Positions 30,212 through 39,376 of a stretch of DNA of 64,000 nt are shown one piece after another. Made by a program: the position numbers and the translations under genes. The notes beneath the pieces are model-generated. The model made no database searches. It was not told where the DNA came from and saw only the letters and a program-made list of their open reading frames with translations. This stretch comes from Gammaproteobacteria bacterium (lineage in GTDB: Bacteria > Pseudomonadota > Gammaproteobacteria > Ga0077536): NCBI GenBank assembly GCA_963662545.2, contig CAXXLL010000002.1:1472001-1536000 (forward strand), read 5' to 3'. Each line of letters opens with the position of its first letter. The first letter of the stretch is position 1.

Positions 30212-30300
30212 AACCACGGAGAACACAAAGGACACGAAGGGCAGAAAAAGTGGCCGTTTACATGCCATATTTTGCCGTTTTTTCAGTGTTATTCGTGGTT
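30212..30300. repeat. GxxExxY-type intergenic inverted repeat element
   Basis: AACCACGGAGAACACAAAGGACACGAAG ... TTCAGTGTTATTCGTGGTT; 9-nt CAC periodicity. Confidence 0.65.
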
Positions 30301-30319
30301 CATTTAAACGGAGGCAGTG

Positions 30320-31345
30320 ATGAAATTTGGAATCATGTACGATTTCCGTAATCCGGAGCGGTGGCACATTCCGGAACCTGTGTTCTATCGAGCGATGCTC
30401 GAGCAAATGATCGACGCGGAAAAACTCGGCTTCGATCACATCTGGCTGACCGAGCATCATTTTACCGAAGATGCGTACAACCCGGCGTCCTTGTCGATGG
30501 CCGCCGCCATTGCCGCTGTGACCGAGCGAATTCGTATCGGGACTTTCATCCTGCTAATGCCTTTCATCGATCCGGTACGTGCGGCGGAAGACGTAACGCT
30601 GGCGGACATCCTGTCGAACGGCCGGTTCGATCTCGGCGTTGGGCAGGGCTATACCCATGACGAATTCAACGCTTTCTGCATCGATCGCAAGGAACGCGCG
30701 CCCCGCATGGTCGAGGGCATCGAGTTGATGAAGCGCCTGTTTACCGAGGAGCGGGTCACCTTCGACGGGCGCTTCACACAGACGAAGAATATGACGCTCA
30801 CGCCGAAACCCGTGCAGAAACCCCATCCGCCACTATGGATCGGCGCGCGCGGCCCAAAGGCGACGCGACGTGCGGCGGAACTCGGTGCAAACTTGATGAC
30901 CACGCTGGGCCCCGATCCCGCTCCGCACTATATCGAAACCCTGAAATCACTCGGCAAGGACCCGGCCGGGTTCAAGATCGCGCAACTGCGCATGGTCTAC
31001 TGTGCCGAGAATGAAGACCAGGCCTGGGCAGACACCCAGGAACACCTGTGGCATGTGTTCGGATATTACGCGCGCGTCTTGAGCGAAGCCGCCGACGTCG
31101 AAGGCGATGATGTGCCACTCCCGATCGATGGTCCGGAAGACATCCGCCACTCCGCTCTGGCAAAAACCAGCGTCCTCATCGGCACGCCCGACCAGGTTGC
31201 AGAGAAAATCGAGCAGTTTTGCAACGATTACACGTGCACGGATTTTATACTGTCTTCACACTTTGCCGGGATGGACCCGAAAAAGAGCAGTGCTTCTAAC
31301 GCGCTGTTCGCAAAATACGTCATGCCGAGGTTTGCTAACGCTTGA
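30320..31345 (+). CDS. LLM class flavin-dependent oxidoreductase
   Basis: GFDHIWLTEHHF, LSNGRFDLGVGQGY, PKPVQKPHPPLWIG, IGTPDQV. Confidence 0.94.
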   Translation: MKFGIMYDFRNPERWHIPEPVFYRAMLEQMIDAEKLGFDHIWLTEHHFTEDAYNPASLSMAAAIAAVTERIRIGTFILLMPFIDPVRAAEDVTLADILSNGRFDLGVGQGYTHDEFNAFCIDRKERAPRMVEGIELMKRLFTEERVTFDGRFTQTKNMTLTPKPVQKPHPPLWIGARGPKATRRAAELGANLMTTLGPDPAPHYIETLKSLGKDPAGFKIAQLRMVYCAENEDQAWADTQEHLWHVFGYYARVLSEAADVEGDDVPLPIDGPEDIRHSALAKTSVLIGTPDQVAEKIEQFCNDYTCTDFILSSHFAGMDPKKSSASNALFAKYVMPRFANA

Positions 31346-31546
31346 GTGTCTGTAAAGCCGTTATCGGGGACACCTAGAAACATTTTTCCAGGGAATGCAT
31401 GCATATAAATTAGTGGCTCCCACGGGACGGCGTATCGACGCCTGGCACTGCGGGGTATGGGCGGCGAGTGTTCGCTTTCACATGGGTTGTGGGCGAATCG
31501 TTCGAGTTTTTTGTGTTCCCTGGGTTAGACGACAGTGCTGGGCTGC

Positions 31547-31576
31547 AAAAAAAACGGGCCGTAAAGACGGCCCGTT
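31547..31576 (-). terminator. Rho-independent terminator of the DUF1329 gene
   Basis: Stem AACGGGCCGT / ACGGCCCGTT with an 8-nt U tract on the minus strand. Confidence 0.88.
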
Positions 31577-31611
31577 CAATATGTGGGTAGAAAGTCTTTT
31601 AGGCGAAGCGC

Positions 31612-32985
31612 TTAGCGACCCTCGGTCAGATAGTTCACGTCCATGGTCCGCTTGACTGCCGTGAACTTCGGGAGGGGGTAGCTGTTGCCGAAACAAGGTA
31701 TTAGAGTCCCACGGTTGTTCTGGTGGTCGATCACATTGATGCTTTGGAAGCTCGGCACGCGCACCCCCGGCGGCGTTACCTTTGCGCCATGGGATTCTGC
31801 GACGGACCGGAAATCCGGAGCTTCCGTCCAGCTTTTCGACATTTGCCAGGTTTTCCACAGTTCGCCAGCGTGGTCGAATGCATTCGCATAGAAAGCCATT
31901 GTCGTCTGCTTTTCCAGATACAGGAATTTTTCTTTATACGGATGAGCCGCGGACACCGGTATCTGGTTTATGACCCAGTAGTCACGCAGCTGCCAGTCGT
32001 CGAGCATCGACCACCCATTCGGCCCGTAGAAGACCGCATTGACATTGCGTGAACTATTGATTGCCAGGATCCTCGCCTCGCCGATGTACACCCACGTGTG
32101 TTCCATCGGCCGGCCGTTAAAGCCGTAGAAGTCTTCCAGGGTATGGTCCGTGCCCAATAAGGAATCGTATTTAACCTCCACGGAGATGCGGCGCACACGC
32201 CGCAGGCTCGGAATGTAGGCCCACGAGTCGTCGGCTTTGTGCGGGTCCGCATAGCGCAGGATCAAAAACGAGGTGCCGGCGATGTCGAACGGCGAAACGA
32301 AGGCCGTATGCTCGCGAAAGTTGGTGCCTTTCGCGAAGCCCTTGCCGTCGTTAAACAGGTAGTTCGAATCGGGCAGATCGGCGCGGTGCGACATGAGTAC
32401 GCGCTGATAGGGTCCTCTTAACAATCGCTCGAACCTGCCGCCCCCGAGATAGTTTTCTTTGTATCTTCCGCCAGACCCGGTCACGGCTTCGTGATTGTGA
32501 TGCGAACCTCCAGGGCGCACCCAGATCCACTGCACGTCATTGACGCTAATACCCGCATACTGCCAGCGGAACATATAGTTCCAGATCAGCCGCCAGCCAT
32601 CCTCGCCGCTGCCGGGCGTGAACTTCTCCGGATCAAACGGACGGCCAGCGGTGTAATTCTCGTGCGCGCCATCGCTTGCTAATGTCGCCGTACCGTAAAA
32701 CTGCTCAGTCGCCTTCAGGTAGACTTCGTGCGGAGTCAGGTCATCGGGCTCGACTATCCTCATATCCATGCCTTCGAAGAGGAGCGAGGACTGCTGCTCC
32801 TCGGGAATGAAGGGTCTGAGCAGATCCGCATCTTCATACGTAATGGTGTCACCGACGATGAATTGTGGCTGAGCGTCCTGGTTCTGCTTGAGCCACGCCA
32901 GGTGATCTTCTCGGGTAAACGCATTCCCTATAACTGGCTGCGCCGCTAATATCGCGGCCAACGCGTATTGCGCGTATTTCAACAT
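31612..32985 (-). CDS. DUF1329 domain periplasmic protein
   Basis: Signal peptide; NYTAGRPF, WAYIPSLRRVRRIS, HPYKEK, DHAGELWK. Confidence 0.9.
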   Translation of the reverse strand: MLKYAQYALAAILAAQPVIGNAFTREDHLAWLKQNQDAQPQFIVGDTITYEDADLLRPFIPEEQQSSLLFEGMDMRIVEPDDLTPHEVYLKATEQFYGTATLASDGAHENYTAGRPFDPEKFTPGSGEDGWRLIWNYMFRWQYAGISVNDVQWIWVRPGGSHHNHEAVTGSGGRYKENYLGGGRFERLLRGPYQRVLMSHRADLPDSNYLFNDGKGFAKGTNFREHTAFVSPFDIAGTSFLILRYADPHKADDSWAYIPSLRRVRRISVEVKYDSLLGTDHTLEDFYGFNGRPMEHTWVYIGEARILAINSSRNVNAVFYGPNGWSMLDDWQLRDYWVINQIPVSAAHPYKEKFLYLEKQTTMAFYANAFDHAGELWKTWQMSKSWTEAPDFRSVAESHGAKVTPPGVRVPSFQSINVIDHQNNRGTLIPCFGNSYPLPKFTAVKRTMDVNYLTEGR

Positions 32986-33301
32986 GTTGAAGTCCTCCCG
33001 TTTGTTGTGATCAAAAACAACGAAACATAAAGACAGAAATCACCACCCTTTTTCGATTCGGCATCGAGAGTACGGCGTTGGTCCGGACAAGCTAGCTTGT
33101 CCGGCAGGCAGGCGTCAATCACCGCCTGTGAATAGAGTATAAATATAATGTGAAATTTATGTGAAATCTGACCCTGATCTTCCAGCGTTCTTGCCGGTTA
33201 GTGTCCGGGAAGTTGTCTTCTTTTGAGCTTGGGCTATGCGTAATATGCCGTTCTGTGGGGGCAATGATGGAATAGCCGCCCAACAGAGTGAGGAGGCAGC
33301 A

Positions 33302-33808
33302 ATGACGGTTTCAGTCAACGGCATCGCGCACATTCAACTAACCGTAAACGACCCTGGGCGTTGCGTTCCATTCTGGGAGAAGCTGTGTCATTTTCTGGCA
33401 ATGCAAACGCTGTTACGCAATGAAGACTCGGTCTACTGCATCGGAAGCCGCACCGGCATCCTGGTTCGGGGTGCGCCCGCGGATAAGCGAGGCAAGCGCT
33501 TCGACCAGGATACGGCGGGATTGCACCATCTTTGCTTTCGAGCACGCAGCGCTGAGGACGTGGACGCCATCGCACGCTTCGTTACCGAAGAATTGCAGGC
33601 GAAAGTGATACACCCGCCCGAGGATGGCTCGCAATTCGCTCCCGGCTACTATTCATTTCTATGCGAAGACCCCGACGGTATTCGCATCGAGTTCAATTTT
33701 GTTCCCGGCAAGGGCCATCTCGGCGAGGGCGGCCGACTTGGACGGGGTGGCGAAGGGCCTGCGGACTCCTATGGCGGAGATGGGCTGGCCAATCGACAAA
33801 GTCGTTAG
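33302..33808 (+). CDS. VOC / glyoxalase family protein
   Basis: GIAHIQLTV, GLHHLCFRA, GYYSFLCEDPDGIRIE. Confidence 0.92.
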   Translation: MTVSVNGIAHIQLTVNDPGRCVPFWEKLCHFLAMQTLLRNEDSVYCIGSRTGILVRGAPADKRGKRFDQDTAGLHHLCFRARSAEDVDAIARFVTEELQAKVIHPPEDGSQFAPGYYSFLCEDPDGIRIEFNFVPGKGHLGEGGRLGRGGEGPADSYGGDGLANRQSR

Positions 33809-33996
33809 CCTGGTCTGCTCACGAATGCGTAAAGCGAGAGAGTGAAGATGCTTAGCACGTGGTGGTTATGGTGATCGTGAATATCCGCAAAGTACGAATC
33901 AAATTAAACGGATCAAGCGCGGTTCAATAATCGTGGACTTGAGGGGGCTGTGCTTTTATTCTTGCCGTACACTAAATCTTTCGAGGAGATAGACCC

Positions 33997-34404
33997 ATGC
34001 GTACTCATGTAATTACGACAGTAGTTGCCTTCGTATTCACGTTGGGACTCAACCCACAAGTCGCTCGAGCCGACCATCACGAAGGGGGGCCGGCGGTGTT
34101 GCAAGTATTTACCATCGACGCGGCTGCGAAGGACCGGCCGGCGGTGCTTGAGCGGTTGAAAAAACTTCAAGCAATCCTTGCAAAGGAAGGCCAACCGAAA
34201 TTTCGTGTTTGGCTGGGGTCCTACGCCGGTGAAAATGTCGGCCAGCTATTTATTACGATAGAACGTAAAAATTATGCTGATTTCGGCGTCAACCAAGGTA
34301 AGGTCATGAGTTCTGATGCAGTCAGCAAGTGGATCGCGGACATTGATAATTCGGGGATTAGCAAACTGGTAGGACAGAGTTTGCTGACGGACGTAACGCC
34401 TTAA
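33997..34404 (+). CDS. Secreted hypothetical protein
   Basis: GAGGAG RBS; signal peptide ending ARA-DHHE. Confidence 0.75.
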   Translation: MRTHVITTVVAFVFTLGLNPQVARADHHEGGPAVLQVFTIDAAAKDRPAVLERLKKLQAILAKEGQPKFRVWLGSYAGENVGQLFITIERKNYADFGVNQGKVMSSDAVSKWIADIDNSGISKLVGQSLLTDVTP

Positions 34405-34623
34405 TCATCGGTCGTCAATGACGGGGGCCGCTACCTGCTAATTCCGAAGGTAGACACCCGACTTCTTATGCGCCGTCCAAAGCGGTGGAAAGGCTGCTCC
34501 CGAGGGGCTATTTGGTCCGGCGCTCAGTAGGTGCTGCGCCGCGTATCGGGGCGCCAGTATGGGGCGGCAGACGTATTCTAGCCGCCTCGTTTAGTGGAGT
34601 GCCCAAGTCGGAGGGAGTGCCCT

Positions 34624-35313
34624 GTGGCCCACAACGGAAAATATAGGGTCCTCGTCCTCACATCTGATCCGAATACCATTGACAAGGTCACCGCGATCGC
34701 CAACACGGCCTTTGCGAACGTCACGGTCATCTTCTGGGAATTTGGCAACGTGGCGACGAAAGGCGATGTCATCAAACAGATGGAGGCATGCGACTTCAAC
34801 CTTCTCATTTCTTACATCAACGGCATCATTTTCAAACACCACCATCTGGCGCGCGCAAGCTGGGGCGCCATTAACGTTCATCCCTCGCCGCCCGAGCAGC
34901 CCGGATGCTGGGGGATCTGGTGCGCGCCCGTGATCAGGCGGGATATCCGTACACACCACGACGTGACGGTTCACGAGATTGACGAGGATATCGACCATGG
35001 CCCGATCTACATGGTCGAGCGCTGGGAGGTTGCACCGACCGACAGCATCCAGGATGTTGAGCACCGCAGCGACGAAGTCTGTATGAAGATGTACGAGGCC
35101 GTAGTCGCGAGGCTCGCAGAAAGCACCAATGGCACCGCGTGTTTCGAGCGACTCGACGAGGCCTGGAATCCCGCTACCGGTAACTTCAGGCCAGAAGATG
35201 TTCGGGACTGGTTCAGCAAACTCGACCCCGCTCACCCCGCCCACCAGGAACGGGTGTGGTTGAACCATCCCAATGCTATTTACTCGCCGCCCTATTTCTC
35301 GGATCTCGACTGA
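34624..35313 (+). CDS. Formyltransferase family protein
   Basis: INVHPS, TVHEIDEDIDHGPI; GTG start after GGAGGGAG. Confidence 0.85.
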   Translation: MAHNGKYRVLVLTSDPNTIDKVTAIANTAFANVTVIFWEFGNVATKGDVIKQMEACDFNLLISYINGIIFKHHHLARASWGAINVHPSPPEQPGCWGIWCAPVIRRDIRTHHDVTVHEIDEDIDHGPIYMVERWEVAPTDSIQDVEHRSDEVCMKMYEAVVARLAESTNGTACFERLDEAWNPATGNFRPEDVRDWFSKLDPAHPAHQERVWLNHPNAIYSPPYFSDLD

Positions 35314-35400
35314 AACCTCATCGACTTCGGCCAGGGCCCGAACAGAATACCCCGTTTGGCGAACCAACGACTTGCAATGGGATTAAGTCTTGGGCGGTGC

Positions 35401-36786
35401 GAGTTATTGTCAAAAGTGGTGTTCAGGCGGTTGAATCAAGCGGCGACCTGATTGACCCTTGTCACCTCGATACCATCTTCAAATTTAACTCCAGTAATCA
35501 CCTTGGCCAGGTAGTCGAATCCACGTAGGCGTCGCCAATTCTTCTGCGCACACCGCCCCAGCTTGAACATCATATGGAGCATGCCGTCCCGAGAGAGACC
35601 GCCCTTGGAGCGCCGGGTCCGGTGCCGGATCGTAGCGAAGGTGGATTCAATCGGATTGCTCGTGCGAATGCTTTGCCAATGTGGTGCCGGAAAATCATAG
35701 AACGCCAGCAACTCCTCACGGTCTTTCTGTAGGCACAGGGTCGCCTTGGGATACTTCGGTTCATAGGTCTTGAGGAACAGCTCGAACGCCTTCTCGGCGT
35801 CGGCCTTTGTCGCGGCCTGCCAGATCGCGTGCAGGGCTTGCTTGGCTTTGGCCTGTGCTGACTTCGGTAGGCAGTTCAGCACGTTCATCGTCTTGTGCAT
35901 CCAGCAGCGTTGCTGGCGGGTCTCACCGTAGACTTCCTCCAGTGCGGCCCAGAAGCCCATGGCACCGTCCCCGATCGCCAGCTTGGGAATATTCATCCCG
36001 CGTGACTTCAATTTCAGCAACACCTCGCGCCAGCTCTGCGTGGACTCCCGCACACCATCCTCCATCGCCAAAAAACGCTTCTCGCCTCGCTCATTGACGC
36101 CGATCACCACCAACGCACACAGCTTCGTGTGCTCCGCCCGCAGGCCACTGTAGACACCGTCCGCCCACACCTACACCCAGCGGTCTTGGTCCAATCGCCC
36201 CTCGCACCAGTCGCGGTATTCTTGCGCCCACACCTGCTTCAAGCGCGACACGGTGCTCGCCGACAGGCCCTTCGCCTGCGGCCCCAACAAAACTTCCAGC
36301 GCAGCGCCCATTTCGCCACTGGAAACGCCCTTCAAATACAGCCACGGCACGGCCGCCTCCAAGGTTGTTGTCTTGCGCACATACGGCGGCACCAGCGCTG
36401 AACGGAAGGTCACCGGCTCGCCGAGCTTCGAACGAACCTTCGGTATCCTGACCGTGACCGTCCCCAAGCCCGTCTGCAACTGTCGCTCCGGCAAATAGCC
36501 GTTCCGAACGACACCCGCTTTGTCGTCCGCCGTGCGATGTCCTGAATACTGCGCCATATATTCTGCCAGCTCGATTTCAACCGCTCGTTCAATCAGAGCC
36601 CGAGCACCGTTTCTCAAGACCTCCGTCAACGGATCTGGTATTCCTTCTCGACCTGATAATTCAACAACGTTACTCTCTCTCATGGTGGCGTATCCTCTTT
36701 GGTTGGCTTGCTGCTTGGTAACAACATTTCAACCAGATACGCCGCCTTTATTCAATTCGCTCAAACACCAGATTCAGTTATAACTC
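35401..36786 (-). mobile_element. IS256-family insertion sequence, about 1386 bp
   Basis: Imperfect TIR GAGTTATTGTCAAAAGTGGTGTT / AACACCAGATTCAGTTATAACTC; TGGGCGGTGC repeated at 35391-35400 and 36787-36796. Confidence 0.92.
35436..36683 (-). pseudogene. IS256 transposase with an in-frame amber stop
   Basis: RNGY, PKVR, YLKGVS, WV*VWADG (TAG at 36171-36173), IGDG, QRCWMH, RTSNPIES; both ORF halves are in one frame. Confidence 0.94.
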
Positions 36787-36854
36787 TGGGCGGTGCACAC
36801 CGGCAGTTATTCGCCGTAAGTATCAGTACGGTCTGCACCAAGCTCTGGCACCAC

Positions 36855-37388
36855 TTACTTGCGAAATACAGCCAGCGAATCCTCGCACCACTGGATCCCC
36901 GCACTTTCGCTCGCGATCCCGCGCGTCAAGCTCAGGTACATACAGCGGTATTTGAAGGGTAGTTTTTCGGGCTCGGGGAAGTGCAGCGCCTCGAGTTCGC
37001 CGTAGTGGGCGAGAAGGTCGCGGTGGTGGGCTAATTGCGCCTCGAGTTCCGTGATGATGTGATCCCGATCGATCAGGTGCGCGGCAAACAGCTTGATCAA
37101 AAACGCGTTGCGCGTCGGCTGGCGTTTGCTGGGAACGGACAGCCAGCGCTTCAATTCTTTGCGGCCGGTGGCCGTGATCCGGTGAATCTTCTTCGTGGGC
37201 CTCGTTTCCTGTGCGACGGCTCTAGCGGATACCAGTTTCTCCCGTGCCATGCGCTTGAGTTCCTGATAAATCTGCTGGTGGCTGGCCTGCCAGAAATGGC
37301 CTAGACCGCTCGTGAAGCGCTGGGTGATTTCGTAACCCGTGCCCTCGGTGTCGGACAGGGTGACCAGGATGGCGTGTCGCAGGGACAT
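36855..37388 (-). CDS. PadR family transcriptional regulator with C-terminal AphA-type domain
   Basis: MSLRHAIL, GYEI, FWQASHQQIYQEL, ITATGRKELKRWL. Confidence 0.94.
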   Translation of the reverse strand: MSLRHAILVTLSDTEGTGYEITQRFTSGLGHFWQASHQQIYQELKRMAREKLVSARAVAQETRPTKKIHRITATGRKELKRWLSVPSKRQPTRNAFLIKLFAAHLIDRDHIITELEAQLAHHRDLLAHYGELEALHFPEPEKLPFKYRCMYLSLTRGIASESAGIQWCEDSLAVFRK

Positions 37389-37463
37389 GTGGACTCCGAT
37401 TGCCGCTGTGTTCGCGCTTGCCGCGCGAGTGGAGGTGTTCGAATACGGTGCAATATAACAAAA

Positions 37464-37523
37464 ATATGCAAAAACTTGCATATCAACTGGCGAAAGCTAT
37501 ACTTTATGCAAATAGTTGCATAA
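37464..37523. promoter_or_regulatory. Two palindromic PadR/AphA-type operators
   Basis: ATATGCAA-AAAC-TTGCATAT at 37464 and TTATGCAA-ATAG-TTGCATAA at 37504, between divergent genes. Confidence 0.85.
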
Positions 37524-37545
37524 CAACCTATTTCTAGGAGCCAAC

Positions 37546-38985
37546 ATGAGCGCCACCCCTGATCTCCCGATGTCCGATCCCTTTGCCCCTCTGGGCCATT
37601 CCATCACCGAGGAATATCACTATGCCCCGTCTATCGAAGGCCGACTTCCTCTAGGACTCGAGGGCACCTTGCTGCGCAACGGTCCCGGCCTGTTCGAGCG
37701 CGCCGGGCGGCGCAAGCGTCACCTGCTGGACGGCGACGGTCTGCTCCAAGCGTTTCGCATTGCCGGCGGCAAAGTCGATTACCAGGCGCGCTTCGTACGC
37801 ACCGAAAAATTCAAAGATGAAGAACGGGCTGGGCATTATCTCTACCCGACATGGACCACGCGCTCGGCCAAAGGCATGTTGAGCAATAGTATCGGGCGCA
37901 TCCGAACGCAGGCGGGCGTCAGCGTCGTAGCTAAGCGGGGCCGGGTCTTCGCGTTCGACGATATCGGCCTGCCCTACGAAATCGACTCCTCGACGCTCGC
38001 AACGATCGGCGTTTACCAACCCGGAGATCGATCGGGGTCTCAAAATTTCAACGCCCACACGCGTTACGACAGTGCGACCGGTGACTGGCTGCTTTTCGGC
38101 CAGGAACATGGCCGGCGCTATGAAATCAAGGTCTTGATTCTCGATCACCAACTGCGCCGGAAAAAATTCTTCAAGATCGCGCCACCGCACGCAACCTACC
38201 TGCACGACTGGTTCGCGACCGAACACTACGTCGTGTTCAACCTGCACGCGCTACGGATCAATCCATTTCCCGGTCTGCTCGGCTTGAAGGCGTTTACCGA
38301 GTGTCTGCACTGGGCACCCGAACGCGGCAATCACCTCATGGTGATCGACAAGAACACGGGGCAGGTCGTGGCACAGGGAGACGCTCCAGCGGCTTTCATG
38401 TGGCACAGCATGAATGCCTATGAACAGGGTGATTCGATCGTCGCGGATTTCGTCGGCTACGACGAGCCTGATCACTTCATCGGCGCTGATCCCTACTTCG
38501 AACGTATCATGCGGGGCGAGCCCGGGCGCTTCCACGCGCCGGGAACGCTGCGGCGTTACCGTATCCCGCTTTCCTCCGGGCAGGTGGAAGAGACCATCGT
38601 CGACGGTGGACATTTTGAGTTTCCGATGATCGACGTGCGCCGGGCCGGCCGCACATACCGCTTCGGTTACCTGGCCGAGGCTGCACAAGGCACCGGCTGG
38701 CACGACAGTGTCGCGCGCGTCGACATGGAAACCGGAGCCAAGTCGCGATTTACTTTCGGTGAGGGCGTACAGGTCGGAGAACCCGTGGTTGTCCCACACG
38801 TGGATTCCGACCCGGACACCCAAGCTCAATCCGTGTGGCTGTTGAGCGTGATATTCAAAGCCGATACACGGACCAGTGCGCTGGCGGTGGTCGACGGTGA
38901 GCACATCGAGGATGGCCCGATTGCGACAGTCGAGCTCGATCACGCCACACCGCTCAGTTTTCACGGTACGTGGATGGAAGCTTAA
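37546..38985 (+). CDS. Carotenoid/stilbene cleavage oxygenase family protein
   Basis: GTLLRNGPG, HLLDGDG, four Fe-binding His (NAH, LHD, MWH, FHG), EFP, GEP. Confidence 0.94.
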   Translation: MSATPDLPMSDPFAPLGHSITEEYHYAPSIEGRLPLGLEGTLLRNGPGLFERAGRRKRHLLDGDGLLQAFRIAGGKVDYQARFVRTEKFKDEERAGHYLYPTWTTRSAKGMLSNSIGRIRTQAGVSVVAKRGRVFAFDDIGLPYEIDSSTLATIGVYQPGDRSGSQNFNAHTRYDSATGDWLLFGQEHGRRYEIKVLILDHQLRRKKFFKIAPPHATYLHDWFATEHYVVFNLHALRINPFPGLLGLKAFTECLHWAPERGNHLMVIDKNTGQVVAQGDAPAAFMWHSMNAYEQGDSIVADFVGYDEPDHFIGADPYFERIMRGEPGRFHAPGTLRRYRIPLSSGQVEETIVDGGHFEFPMIDVRRAGRTYRFGYLAEAAQGTGWHDSVARVDMETGAKSRFTFGEGVQVGEPVVVPHVDSDPDTQAQSVWLLSVIFKADTRTSALAVVDGEHIEDGPIATVELDHATPLSFHGTWMEA

Positions 38986-39376
38986 AATTTTCCAATGGCC
39001 GCGCGCGATTCGTCGATTAAGAATTGGTAGTTGCCAATGGCGCGGTCGATGCGCTTGCCGAGTGCCGGCCTGTCATCGGCCCATTTACGCATGACGTCGT
39101 GCTCGACCTTGAAGCGCTCTCATTCTTCGTCCAGCTGGGGCTTTGAGCCCTGCGGTGGCACCGGCAGCTTGACGGCATAAAGCGGGAAACGCAGGATTAC
39201 AGCGAAGAACGGAATCGTAGAATCTGGTCTTAATTAAACATCGCCGGCGATACGAGTATTAGGCTTACGCTCTGGATGCTCCGGTAGACGTGCCCGCCCA
39301 ACCGTATCGAGTGGTACGGCACTGGACGACGTGTCATCATTTCAGCAAGCGGCCGTTCGACGAAAGGGTGCTCGCC

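Noticed and set aside
31612-32985. DUF1329 gene without its usual DUF1302/RND neighbours
   Set aside because: Stand-alone paralogues are plausible and partners may lie elsewhere in the genome; not informative from this window.
33147-33176. ATGTGAAAT direct repeat followed by CTGACCC, like a RAYT-type motif
   Set aside because: Single short match with no partner copy; equally compatible with a regulator site upstream of the DUF1329 gene.
34405-34620. Possible riboswitch upstream of the formyltransferase
   Set aside because: Could not match conserved cores of ZTP, THF, fluoride or SAM classes by eye; an Infernal search would settle it.
36171-36173. In-frame TAG in the IS256 transposase as pyrrolysine or readthrough
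   Set aside because: Falls at a Tyr-type position one base from TAT/TAC; no pyl genes in the window.
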